Source of the DNA: Desulfosudaceae bacterium
GTDB lineage: Bacteria > Desulfobacterota > Desulfobacteria > Desulfobacterales > Desulfosudaceae
Length of the DNA: 64,000 nt
Direction of reading: 5' to 3'
NCBI GenBank assembly: GCA_963674745.2
Contig: CAXXDV010000003.1
Span: 1,344,001 to 1,408,000 of the forward strand
This document shows, piece by piece, positions 43,390 through 53,196 of this stretch. A model generated the notes under the pieces. It did not search any database and was not told where the DNA came from. It worked only from the letters and a program-made list of their open reading frames with translations. A program made the translations under genes and the position numbers. Positions within the stretch are counted from its first letter, which is position 1. Every line of letters starts with the position of its first letter.

Positions 43390-45081
43390 ATGAAGTTGTT
43401 AATTATCGGCGGCGTCGCCGGCGGAGCCACAGCAGCTGCCAGAGCACGCAGACTGAACGAAGATGCCGAGATCGTTCTTTTTGAACGCGGTGAGTTTATC
43501 TCTTTTGCCAATTGCGGGCTGCCCTATTACATCGGTCAGATTATCAAGGAGCAGGAAGACCTGCTGGTGATCACGGTCGAGGATTTTGTTAAACGTTATG
43601 CGGTTGATGTCCGGGTATTTACAGAAGTAACGGCTATTGATCGGGAAAATCGACAGGTCGCAATCAAAAATCTCAAAACAGGAGAAACCTATCAGGAGTC
43701 TTTTGATAAAATAATTCTCTCTCCGGGCGCTGAGCCGATAAAACCACCCCTTGAGGGGATTGATCTGGACAATATCTTTAACCTTCGTAACATTCCCGAT
43801 TCCGTAAAAATTAAAAACTTTGTCGATACCCATAGCCCGGAAGCTGCTGTTGTCGTGGGCGGCGGGTTTATCGGCCTGGAAATGGCGGAAAACCTGGCCA
43901 TCCGCGGTATTAAAACCACTATTGTAGAAAAGTTGGACCAGGTGATGCCCTCACTCGATGTGGAGATGGCGGCGTTCATGTCCGCCCATCTAAAAGAAAA
44001 AAACGTGGAGTGTATCCTCGGTGACGGCATCAGCGCCTTTTCAAAGGACAATGGACGTTTGGTCGTACATACGGAAAAAGGACAGAAACTGTCCTGTGAC
44101 CTGGTGATACTGTCCATCGGTGTCCGTCCTGAAAACCGGCTGGCAAGAGAAGCCGGGCTGGAAATCAGCGGTCGTGGCGGTGTCAAGGTCAGCGCCACCA
44201 TGCAGACATCGGATCCGGATATTTTTGCCGTCGGCGATGCGGTTGAAATAATGGATCACGTCACCGGCTTTCGTACCATGACGCCGCTGGCCGGCCCGGC
44301 CAATAAACAGGGGCGTATCGCGGCTGACAATGTTATGGGACGACGAAGTATTTTCCGCGGGACACTGGGCACGTCAGTCGTAAAACTGTTTGACATGACC
44401 GTGGCTTCTACCGGTGCCAATGAGCGTTTTTTGACCGCTAACAATGTTCCCTTTCTGGTCAGTTACACCCATTCCGGCTCCCATGCCTCATATTATCCGG
44501 GTGCGGAAATGATGGCCATCAAGCTGTTTTTCTCTCCGGGCAGCGGGAAGGTTCTGGGCGCCCAGATTATCGGTCAGGACGGCGTGGATAAACGGATCGA
44601 TGTCATTGCCACCGCCATTCATGGATCCATGACGGTTTACGATCTGGAAGAACTGGAACTGGCCTACGCGCCGCCTTATTCATCCGCCAAGGATCCGGTC
44701 AATATTGCCGGCTTTGTGGCATCCAATTTACTCAAGGGTGATGTACGGAATATCAACTGGCATGAATTTATCGACATTGATCCGGAAGGCATTGAGTTGA
44801 TCGACCTCAGAAACAAGGATGAACTGGAAGAAGCCGGCGTCGTCCCCGGGGCGATGCATATCCCCCTGCCTGAACTCAGAAACCATTTAAGTAAACTGGA
44901 TCCGCACAAGCAATACATAACGTTCTGCGCCATTGGTTTGCGGGGATACGTGGCTTACCGCATCATGTCACAGAAGGGATACAATGTTCAGAACTTAAGT
45001 GGCGGATATAAAACCCTTATGGGTGCCAAGGGGAAAATTATGGCCGAGTCCGCCCGGACTCAGCTCTGGCGTTCGGAATAG
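43390..45081 (+). CDS. CoA-disulfide/persulfide reductase with C-terminal rhodanese domain
   Basis: GGVAGG, SFANCGLPY, GGGFIG, YAPPYS, rhodanese FCAIGLRG / NLSGGY. Confidence 0.92.
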   Translation: MKLLIIGGVAGGATAAARARRLNEDAEIVLFERGEFISFANCGLPYYIGQIIKEQEDLLVITVEDFVKRYAVDVRVFTEVTAIDRENRQVAIKNLKTGETYQESFDKIILSPGAEPIKPPLEGIDLDNIFNLRNIPDSVKIKNFVDTHSPEAAVVVGGGFIGLEMAENLAIRGIKTTIVEKLDQVMPSLDVEMAAFMSAHLKEKNVECILGDGISAFSKDNGRLVVHTEKGQKLSCDLVILSIGVRPENRLAREAGLEISGRGGVKVSATMQTSDPDIFAVGDAVEIMDHVTGFRTMTPLAGPANKQGRIAADNVMGRRSIFRGTLGTSVVKLFDMTVASTGANERFLTANNVPFLVSYTHSGSHASYYPGAEMMAIKLFFSPGSGKVLGAQIIGQDGVDKRIDVIATAIHGSMTVYDLEELELAYAPPYSSAKDPVNIAGFVASNLLKGDVRNINWHEFIDIDPEGIELIDLRNKDELEEAGVVPGAMHIPLPELRNHLSKLDPHKQYITFCAIGLRGYVAYRIMSQKGYNVQNLSGGYKTLMGAKGKIMAESARTQLWRSE

Positions 45082-45188
45082 TTTTAGCGGACATTTCACT
45101 TATAGGCCCCCCCCTGTGGGTGCCCTTTGATTTCGCCCGGCGGGTGAGATATCCGGATTATGCCGAAGTTTACTGGTTACTGGACCGG

Positions 45189-46688
45189 CTACCGTCTGGT
45201 CTCTGATTTCTTTCTGAACCCATCCCAAAAACCTGAAAATTGGCATCTGCTTTTTAAAATGAGGTACATCATTTTTAAAGCATTTTGAGCAAGCGGGATG
45301 AAATTGCCGGAATGCTTTGATTGTCCGCCCATCCGTCTTCGATACGTTACAGGGATCTCGATAACTCTGCTTCGGCAGATCAGCATAGCGATGATCATTT
45401 CCGGAGAAAATTCGGGGCCTGGTGCATTCAAGTAGGGTTTAATTCGTATATAACTGTTTCTCCAAAGGGCACGATACGTGCACCCCACATCCGTAAAGCG
45501 TGGTTCCTGCCCCCACCAGAGAACTTCAATAATCTTACCGTAAAACACATTACCCCATCTGACAAGGCTCCTCATATTCGCGCCCTGCTCGATCATCTGA
45601 CGGGTGGTCCGTGTGCCGATGACCATATCGCAATCTTTTAGATATTCCAGAAACTTCGGAATATCATTGGCAGTAAAACTGCCGTCAGCCTCAGTGATTA
45701 TAATAATATCTCCGTTGGCTTCCTCAAGCCCACGCCTGATAGCGTTCCCATATCCCTGGCGGGTCTCAGTAATCACATGGGCACCCGCCTCTAAGGAGAT
45801 TTCTTTCGTGCGATCACTTGAATTGTTATCCACAACCAGGACTTCGTTAACCTGGTTATGAACACTGAAATCCGCTATAACGCTGGCAATGGTTTCTTCT
45901 TCGTTGTAAGCCGGTATCAGAACGGTAACATTTTTTTGATCAAAATCGGACGAGCGAACGAGATAATTGGCTTTGTTAAGATCATCTAGATTGTTGATAT
46001 TCATATAGTGACCCGTCAGAATCTCCGCCATTACCTTTTCATGGCGGGCCATCTCTGAAAGCGCATCAGTCAATTCCACTTCATGCCTGAGGCTGGAAGG
46101 CGGGGTCCTACGGATATAGTCAAACACCTTCGGTGTCAACAGGTAGGTGCCGACGCCCATCAGTTCAGTCCGGGTGTTGACCGGTTTTTCAATTAAGGCG
46201 CGAATACGCCCGTCATGGATATCTCCAGTATAGTTATCGGAGATTCTGCTATGGTCATTCTCCTTTTTAAACATAATGACGCCGTCACAAGTTCGCATAT
46301 CATATTCAAGCAGCGTATCATGATTTGTCTCCAAATACAGTTCATCCCCCAGCATGACAAGGAAATGTCCGGGCTGAAGAATGTAGGGTTCTGCCATTAG
46401 TAAGGCATGACCTACGCCTCCTGGCTCCTTCTGTTCGGCAAAAACAAACTCCAGGCCAAAATCCCGTGAAGACAAATGCGCAACAAGCTGATCACCGCAA
46501 TGCCCGATCACGACGATGACCCGACGCACACGGCACTGGCTTTTCATTATAGAAAGCGTTCGTTCAATAAGCGGTATACCGGCTATTTCCATGAGCGCTT
46601 TTGGTATATAGTGTGAAGCGGGGTAAGCCCGGACCCCTCTTCCGGCGGCAAGAATAACACCGGTCATATCATTTTCAGTTGAGGGCAT
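45189..46688 (-). CDS. Sugar-phosphate nucleotidyltransferase fused to a GT2 glycosyltransferase
   Basis: N-terminal ILAAGRGVR..PKAL, EKP; C-terminal IPAYNEE, VDNNSSD, GYG.A, EADGS, FTDVGC. Confidence 0.85.
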   Translation of the reverse strand: MPSTENDMTGVILAAGRGVRAYPASHYIPKALMEIAGIPLIERTLSIMKSQCRVRRVIVVIGHCGDQLVAHLSSRDFGLEFVFAEQKEPGGVGHALLMAEPYILQPGHFLVMLGDELYLETNHDTLLEYDMRTCDGVIMFKKENDHSRISDNYTGDIHDGRIRALIEKPVNTRTELMGVGTYLLTPKVFDYIRRTPPSSLRHEVELTDALSEMARHEKVMAEILTGHYMNINNLDDLNKANYLVRSSDFDQKNVTVLIPAYNEEETIASVIADFSVHNQVNEVLVVDNNSSDRTKEISLEAGAHVITETRQGYGNAIRRGLEEANGDIIIITEADGSFTANDIPKFLEYLKDCDMVIGTRTTRQMIEQGANMRSLVRWGNVFYGKIIEVLWWGQEPRFTDVGCTYRALWRNSYIRIKPYLNAPGPEFSPEMIIAMLICRSRVIEIPVTYRRRMGGQSKHSGNFIPLAQNALKMMYLILKSRCQFSGFWDGFRKKSETRR

Positions 46689-46730
46689 TATTCGCTCACA
46701 TTAATTTAGACGGGAGGGTGAATATTCGGA

Positions 46731-47435
46731 CTATACGGTATCGACGTCCAGCAACATCGTTGACGGATTTAAATACAGGCCCGGATCGGAAGCCGCTGTT
46801 TCTTTTGTCGGCAGGGCTCTGACCCGGATTTTTTTATTCTCCGGCAACAACTCCCAGGCAACGTCAAACAGATCGGCCAGGCCGGCAAATCCGGCCGGGC
46901 GGTTCTGGTCATCCCGTTCTGCCTCTCGATGTGACGGGATAGAGAGCCATGCGCCAAAAGACAATTCCCGGCCGAGTTCCTTGATCCCGGTGATCGTGTC
47001 GGGCGCTGAGGCGTCGAGAAAAAAACCGTCTAGGATAACCATTTGCGGTGAGAAGACACTCTGCTCCACGAAGTCCATCAGTCTCTCCCTGACACCGTCA
47101 ATGGAAAAGCCTGGGGCTTTCATGGTCATAATCAAGCGGCGGGAAAGCAGTGGAGAAAGCGACAAGTTTTCCCCGGTTTTTCCGCCATGGGCCTTCACCA
47201 GATTAAAGACCTCGTTATACCACAAGGCGGTCTTCTTTACCGAATCGGACAAATTGATATGCAGCACGTTTTTCCCGGTCATCATGGCATATATAGCGGA
47301 CTGGACCAAAAAAGAGGTTTTACCGACACCGGCGCGAGCCACCACGGCTCCGAGTTTGCCGTCAGACAGGGCGTCATTAATGATACCGGCCACGGGAGCC
47401 AGTGATTCTGGTATGGTTACGGTTTGCTCCTGCAT
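46731..47435 (-). CDS. RecA/KaiC/DnaB-like P-loop protein, coupled to fusA
   Basis: ARAGVGKT Walker A, VILDG Walker B; its start directly abuts the fusA stop. Confidence 0.75.
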   Translation of the reverse strand: MQEQTVTIPESLAPVAGIINDALSDGKLGAVVARAGVGKTSFLVQSAIYAMMTGKNVLHINLSDSVKKTALWYNEVFNLVKAHGGKTGENLSLSPLLSRRLIMTMKAPGFSIDGVRERLMDFVEQSVFSPQMVILDGFFLDASAPDTITGIKELGRELSFGAWLSIPSHREAERDDQNRPAGFAGLADLFDVAWELLPENKKIRVRALPTKETAASDPGLYLNPSTMLLDVDTV

Positions 47436-49517
47436 TTATTTCTCCTGCTTTTTATTTTTCATTTTTTCAATTTCTTCGGCAATGGCCGCCGGCACCTGCT
47501 GGTAAGCCATAAACTCCATGGCGAATTGTGCCTGTCCCTGGGTAGATGACCGCAGAACGTTTGAGAAACCGAACATTTCAGCCAACGGTACCTGGGCTTC
47601 AATCGCACAGGAAACGCCTTCGTCCTGGGTACCGACAATGATACCGCGCCGCTGGTTTAACAGCTTCATTACGCCGCCCTGAAATTCCGGCGGGGTTTCA
47701 ACCGTTACTTTCATTATGGGTTCATGAATAATCGGACCGGCCTTTCTGTAAGCTTCGAGAAAGGCGCCTCGGGCCGCGGCCTCAAAAGCCATTTCCGATG
47801 AATCAACCGAATGAAAGGCGCCGTCATTGATTTCAATTTTGACATCCACCACCGGGAATTCCAGCCAGGGCCCCTTATCCATGCACTTTGAAAAGCTTTT
47901 TTCACAGGATGGAATATATTGGGTCGGTATGGCACCCCCGGTTATTTTGTTTTCAAACACGAAACCCTCTCCGGGAGCGGGTTCCATGTATCCCGCGACG
48001 CGCCCGAACTGACCTGCCCCACCCGTCTGTTTTTTATGGGTATAATTAAATTCAACCCGGCGGGTGATTGTTTCCCGGTAAGCCACCTGGGGGCTACCGA
48101 TGGAGATGGCGGCGTCATATTCACGGCGCATACGTTCCAGATAGACATCCAAATGCAGTTCGCCCATACCCTGGATAATTGTTTCGTTGGTCTCTTTGTC
48201 CACAAACGTTTGAAAGGTCGGATCTTCCCTGGTAAACCGGCCGATGGCTTTGGACATGGCGATTTCCGACTTGTTGTCCTTGGGCTTGATGGCCAGAGAG
48301 ACGACCGGATCGGGCACGAAAATAGATGTCATCGTCAGCCTTAAGCCGTCACTGGTAAACGTGTCGCCGGAAGCACAATCGATCCCGAACAAAGCGCCGA
48401 TACCGCCGGCCGATATTCGTTCGATATCTTCCATCTGGTCGGCATGCATGCGTACCAGCCGGCCGATGCGGACTTTCTTACCCGTTCTGACATTGATGAC
48501 GTTATCCCCTTTTGATAAGGTTCCCTGGTATACGCGCACATAGGTCAACTGACCGTAACGCCCGTCTTCCAGTTTAAACGCCAGGGCGACGACGGGCTGG
48601 CCCGGGTCGTGGGACAGGGTCACCTGCGACTGATCATTATCCAGGTCAATAGCCGTGTTCTGTGCGTCTTCAGGGGCCGGCATATAAGTGATAATCGCGT
48701 CCAGCAGGGGTTGTACACCCTTATTTTTGTAAGCCGATCCCACGAAAACCGGCGTCAATTCCCGGGCAAAAGCGCCCTTCCGGATGGCTTCAGCCAGCAT
48801 CGCTTCGGTAATTTCCGTTTCTTCCAGAACGGCATCGGTCAGTTCTTCCGAAAAGGCTGATGCGGCATCGATCAGCACTTCACGCTGTTCTGCCGCCCGA
48901 TCTTTAAGGTCATCCGGAATTTCAGTGGTTTTGATTGTCTCACCGTTGTCACCCTCGAAATAAACGGCTTTCATGGTTACCAGGTCCACAACGCCATTAA
49001 AATCCGCTTCCAGGCCAATGGGAATCTGTATCAGCACGGCATTGTGGCCGAGTTTATCTTTGAGTTGTCGGGTTACGCGAAAGGGATCGGCCCCGCTGCG
49101 GTCACATTTATTGACAAAGGCCAGGCAGGGAACCTTATACCGCTTCATCTGCCGGTCCACGGTAATCGACTGGGATTGGACCCCGCCCACGGCGCACAAG
49201 ACCAGGACGGCACTGTCCAGGACCCGAAGTGACCGCTCAACTTCAATAGTAAAATCCACATGGCCCGGTGTGTCGATAATATTGACGCTATACCCCTTCC
49301 ACTCACAAAAGGTCGCCGCCGAGGCGATGGTAATCCCCCGCTCTTTTTCAAGCTCCATGAAATCCATGGTCGCACCCACGCCGTCTTTTCCCTTAACGTC
49401 ATGGATAGAATGAATCCGTTGGGTATAGAACAGTATCCGTTCGGTCAGTGTGGTTTTTCCCGAATCAATATGGGCGCTGATGCCGATGTTTCTCAGTTTC
49501 TGTTTTGCAGGTTTCAT
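47436..49517 (-). CDS. fusA: Elongation factor G
   Basis: [40 protein letters not shown]. Confidence 0.97.
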   Translation of the reverse strand: MKPAKQKLRNIGISAHIDSGKTTLTERILFYTQRIHSIHDVKGKDGVGATMDFMELEKERGITIASAATFCEWKGYSVNIIDTPGHVDFTIEVERSLRVLDSAVLVLCAVGGVQSQSITVDRQMKRYKVPCLAFVNKCDRSGADPFRVTRQLKDKLGHNAVLIQIPIGLEADFNGVVDLVTMKAVYFEGDNGETIKTTEIPDDLKDRAAEQREVLIDAASAFSEELTDAVLEETEITEAMLAEAIRKGAFARELTPVFVGSAYKNKGVQPLLDAIITYMPAPEDAQNTAIDLDNDQSQVTLSHDPGQPVVALAFKLEDGRYGQLTYVRVYQGTLSKGDNVINVRTGKKVRIGRLVRMHADQMEDIERISAGGIGALFGIDCASGDTFTSDGLRLTMTSIFVPDPVVSLAIKPKDNKSEIAMSKAIGRFTREDPTFQTFVDKETNETIIQGMGELHLDVYLERMRREYDAAISIGSPQVAYRETITRRVEFNYTHKKQTGGAGQFGRVAGYMEPAPGEGFVFENKITGGAIPTQYIPSCEKSFSKCMDKGPWLEFPVVDVKIEINDGAFHSVDSSEMAFEAAARGAFLEAYRKAGPIIHEPIMKVTVETPPEFQGGVMKLLNQRRGIIVGTQDEGVSCAIEAQVPLAEMFGFSNVLRSSTQGQAQFAMEFMAYQQVPAAIAEEIEKMKNKKQEK

Positions 49518-49847
49518 TTTTCAGTAATACCCTATTTTAATAATCTTTCATCAATCTCTTGGATTAAAACAATAAAACGGTAAAAGCCGGTTTATGAGTC
49601 GCGCTCCGGGTGTCATACGGATAACTTAAGCAGCATGATTACAGAAAACAGTTCAGGGATACTTAGTCTTTTCCATTCCCGAAAAAATCTGTTGTATATA
49701 TCAGGTTGTTTTTCATGGTGCAAGAGAAAAGATGTGAACACAAGATAATTATCGTTCGCCTCAAGAGCGATCACAGATCCCCTTAAATCGCCGACTGTTT
49801 CCTCCGCCTCTCTGGTTACACCTGATAAATGTCATCCCAAAGCCACT

Positions 49848-49906
49848 TGACAACATGTGGTACCCTCAAAAATATTGACACACAAGATGCTCTTGCTATA
49901 TATAAT
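49848..49906 (+). promoter_or_regulatory. Putative promoter region of the radical SAM operon with two NrdR-box-like sites
   Basis: TTGACA 49875-49880 and TATATATAAT 49897-49906; TGACAACATGTGGTAC (49848) and ACACAAGATGCTCTTG (49880), 32 bp apart. Confidence 0.35.
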
Positions 49907-49932
49907 ACCCATAAAAGCAGATTCTTACATAA

Positions 49933-51300
49933 ATGCAGCCTCTTCCTCCACATATGCATGTCTACATCATACCCTTCCAGGATAAGTTTGTCGTCTACAG
50001 ACCTTTAAAAAGATTAGCCTTTATTGCTAATTCGGCCATGGTTAATCTTATTGCGAAGATACAGGAGAAGTCACATTTTAAGGGCCTGCCGACGCACAGT
50101 GAAGCCATGGCCTTTCTCGATGCCGTCGGTTTTTTTGAACCCGACCCCCGGCCTACCCAACCGCCGCCAGTTCAAGAACCGTATTTACCGACAGTCGCGG
50201 TCGTGTTTTTAACCACTGACTGTAATTGTAAATGTGTTTATTGTTATGCTTCAGCAGGCGGTGTGCCGGCCACGGAAACGCTTCCCGTCAGGCTGGGATA
50301 TCGCACCATTGATGTTGTCTGTGAAAATGCCCTGCTGACCGGAAAAAACAAATTCACGTTGAGCTTTCATGGCGGCGGCGAACCGACGATGGCGTCGAAA
50401 AAAATGAAACAGCTGATAAATTACGCCAGAAAAAAAGAAGTACCCTGTCATGCCAATCTTACAACCAACGGTTGCTGGTCTGCGGCTGACAGGGAGTGGA
50501 TTCTGAACAATTTTGACGATGTCAGCCTCTCTTTTGACGGTTTGCGTGAAATTCAGGACCGCCAGCGTCCGCTTGCAAGCGGTAGAGGAACATATGACCT
50601 GGTTATGGCGAGCATTACGGCCATGGACCAGCGGCAGTTGTCTTATGGTATCCGAATGACGGTAACAGAGGACTCTGTCGATCAATTGCCGGAAAACATG
50701 AAATTCCTTTGCAGCAGCACGGATTGCCGGGTTTTCCAGGTGGAGCCGGCGTCCAATCATGGACGGGCAATGCAGGGCCATAATGCCCTGACCCAATACG
50801 ATCGATTTGCCCGGGCCTTTCTTAAAGCATATGATATTGCCGTGGCTGCGGGCAGGCACATGTATTATTCAGGCGCAAGGCCCTGGGTGATTACCCCACG
50901 TTTTTGTCAGGCCCCGGAAAATGCTTTGATTGTGGGTACGGACGGGTTTCTCACGGCATGTTATGAAGTGTGCAGTAGAGACCACGAACTGGCGGGGCTG
51001 TTTTGCTTTGGTGATATCTCCGAAAACGGGATAATGTCCGTGCACGAAAAGACCCGGCAGGCGCTTTTTGAAAAAATTGAACAGCGAAAAAAACAGTGCC
51101 GGGACTGCTTTTGTTTCTGGCATTGTGCCGGAGACTGCCCGTCCAAGACAATGACGGCGGATGGCAGGGGGCACCTTCGGTTTGACCGACGGTGTGATTT
51201 GAACCGCCATATTACCCGGGAACTGATTATACGCAACATTACAAACGGTAACGGTATCTGGCAGGGGGCATCAGAAGAACAGATGCTTGTCGCCTGTTAG
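49933..51300 (+). CDS. Radical SAM/SPASM peptide/protein maturase with N-terminal RRE-like region
   Basis: CNCKCVYC, FHGGGEP, TTNG, SFDG; SPASM FCQA...DG.LTAC...CRDCFCFWHCAGDCP...RC. Confidence 0.92.
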   Translation: MQPLPPHMHVYIIPFQDKFVVYRPLKRLAFIANSAMVNLIAKIQEKSHFKGLPTHSEAMAFLDAVGFFEPDPRPTQPPPVQEPYLPTVAVVFLTTDCNCKCVYCYASAGGVPATETLPVRLGYRTIDVVCENALLTGKNKFTLSFHGGGEPTMASKKMKQLINYARKKEVPCHANLTTNGCWSAADREWILNNFDDVSLSFDGLREIQDRQRPLASGRGTYDLVMASITAMDQRQLSYGIRMTVTEDSVDQLPENMKFLCSSTDCRVFQVEPASNHGRAMQGHNALTQYDRFARAFLKAYDIAVAAGRHMYYSGARPWVITPRFCQAPENALIVGTDGFLTACYEVCSRDHELAGLFCFGDISENGIMSVHEKTRQALFEKIEQRKKQCRDCFCFWHCAGDCPSKTMTADGRGHLRFDRRCDLNRHITRELIIRNITNGNGIWQGASEEQMLVAC

Positions 51301-51327
51301 GGCAGTTAACACCAAAAGGAATCGACG

Positions 51328-51780
51328 ATGGAAAAGAGAAGGAATCCTGGCGCTGCGACAACATCCCGCCGGAACTTTTTCCGTCGTTTTTTTACTGAAA
51401 CGATAAGCCTTATTGAGGAAGCCAGGGGAACCCCCCAGCTCAACCTGAATGATATCGCAGCGCTCCCGGATGAGATTTTCGGTAGTATCATTCCGGTTTT
51501 CAGTGAACATACCCGGTATCGGATTGAAGGTGATCGGCTACTCATCGTCGATGAAAAGAGCGCTATTTTCAGAAAAGCCTATCAATTTACGCCTCGAGAG
51601 CTGTATGTTTTGAATCAATTTGACGGACATAATACATTAAATTCAATTGTTTATGTAATTATAAACCAGTTTGACCAAGATGCCGAAGCAGCGTTTCAGC
51701 AGGTAAAAAATCTGTTCTGCACCATGGCCGGATACGCGGTATGCCATCCGCTGCATGAAACACCGGAGCAGCAAAAATGA
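51328..51780 (+). CDS. PqqD/RRE-like protein with an N-terminal twin-arginine motif
   Basis: C-terminal VLNQFDGHNTLNSIV..I...F.....AFQQVKNLF..M matches the PqqD pattern; N-terminal SRRNFF has no hydrophobic h-region. Confidence 0.65.
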   Translation: MEKRRNPGAATTSRRNFFRRFFTETISLIEEARGTPQLNLNDIAALPDEIFGSIIPVFSEHTRYRIEGDRLLIVDEKSAIFRKAYQFTPRELYVLNQFDGHNTLNSIVYVIINQFDQDAEAAFQQVKNLFCTMAGYAVCHPLHETPEQQK

Positions 51781-53162
51781 ACCGGGCAGATATTGCCGAT
51801 ATTTACGCCATTTCCTTACCAGAAGAGAAGTTTCTGCTATATTCCCCGTTAAGGGGTTTTTCCGCGCTCGTAAACCGGAAAGCCCTTGATGAATCCGCCC
51901 GGTTTGTAACGGGAAAACCATGCCGAAACAGGGGGGCGTCACCGCTTGACGCTATTTTCAATGCGCTTTCAACGCCTGCTTTACCCCCTCCATTTGAACC
52001 GGATAAGCTGCTGGCTCCTTTTTTTCTGGGTATTATTCCCACGCGGGCCTGTAACATGTCCTGCCGTTATTGCGATTTCGGGGACCAATCGCCGGGTTCG
52101 CAGTCCATGGATTTACGGACTGCTGTAGCTGCTGTGGACTGGATGGCGGACCATGTTTATCGGACAGGCCGGGATAAACTGGAAATCCACTTTTTCGGCG
52201 GAGAGCCGTTTGTCGCCCCAGATGTCGTGGACGCCGCCGTTTACCGGGCGCGGGCTGTTGCCGGGGAAAAAGGGATACCCCTTCATCTGGAAGTGTCCAC
52301 CAACGGTCTATTTGATGAGAACAGGGCCGTTTTTGTGGGGGATTACTTTAATTCAGCTGTTATTTCCCTGGATGGATTCCGGGAAACACATGACCGTCAC
52401 CGCCCCCTAGACGGGAGCAGAGGTAGTTTTGATGGTGTCGTAGAGTCAATTCGGCGGCTTTCGATGACGCCGGCAGAGGTTTGTCTGCGGTGTTGTATAT
52501 CGCATATAAACGTGGACAGGATGGAAGCGATTGCCCGGTGGTTCTGTGAAGAATTAAAACCATCTGTCGTAAACTTTGAAATCGTAAGTTCAAATTCAAA
52601 ATCAGATGCGGCGGGATTGTTTCCGCCCGACCCGTATCGTTTTGCCGGTAATTGCGTTCGGGCCTGTCGTCTTGTCCGACAATTCGGGATTCAAGCGGTT
52701 TACGCGTCGGCATCTATTGATACCGTGCGTCGAAGTTTTTGTCCCATGGGAAAGGATACCTTGATCGTTTCTCCCGATGGACGGATCAGCAGTTGTTATC
52801 TGCCGGACAGGGACTGGAAGAAAAAGGGACTGGATCTTGATGTGGGACGTCTGAGAACGGATGGTTCAATGGATATTGACATGGCTGCAATCCAGCGTCT
52901 GCGCCGGATAACCGCCGATAAGCCCGGCTGTGAAAAATGCTTTTGCAAATGGACTTGCGCCGGAGGCTGTCATGTCAGGCAATACGATCAGGCAGCTGTT
53001 TCTACAAAAAATGATTTTTGTGTTCAGACGCGCCTTATTACCGCCTGTTCTCTGCTGGACAACCTTGGATTCCGCGATCTGGCCGATTCGCTTCTGGCGG
53101 ATATGGACGCGATGGAAACTCTGGCGTTGAATCCATCGGATTATTTGGTACAATTCACATGA
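51777..53162 (+). CDS. Radical SAM/SPASM peptide/protein maturase with N-terminal RRE-like region
   Basis: CNMSCRYC, FFGGEP, STNG, ISLDG; SPASM FCPMG...PDG.ISSC...CEKCFCKWTCAGGCH...FC; ATGA overlap with the upstream gene. Confidence 0.92.
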   Translation: MNRADIADIYAISLPEEKFLLYSPLRGFSALVNRKALDESARFVTGKPCRNRGASPLDAIFNALSTPALPPPFEPDKLLAPFFLGIIPTRACNMSCRYCDFGDQSPGSQSMDLRTAVAAVDWMADHVYRTGRDKLEIHFFGGEPFVAPDVVDAAVYRARAVAGEKGIPLHLEVSTNGLFDENRAVFVGDYFNSAVISLDGFRETHDRHRPLDGSRGSFDGVVESIRRLSMTPAEVCLRCCISHINVDRMEAIARWFCEELKPSVVNFEIVSSNSKSDAAGLFPPDPYRFAGNCVRACRLVRQFGIQAVYASASIDTVRRSFCPMGKDTLIVSPDGRISSCYLPDRDWKKKGLDLDVGRLRTDGSMDIDMAAIQRLRRITADKPGCEKCFCKWTCAGGCHVRQYDQAAVSTKNDFCVQTRLITACSLLDNLGFRDLADSLLADMDAMETLALNPSDYLVQFT

Positions 53163-53196
53163 TGTATGGAAATTAAACCATAACGAAAGAGGCCAT

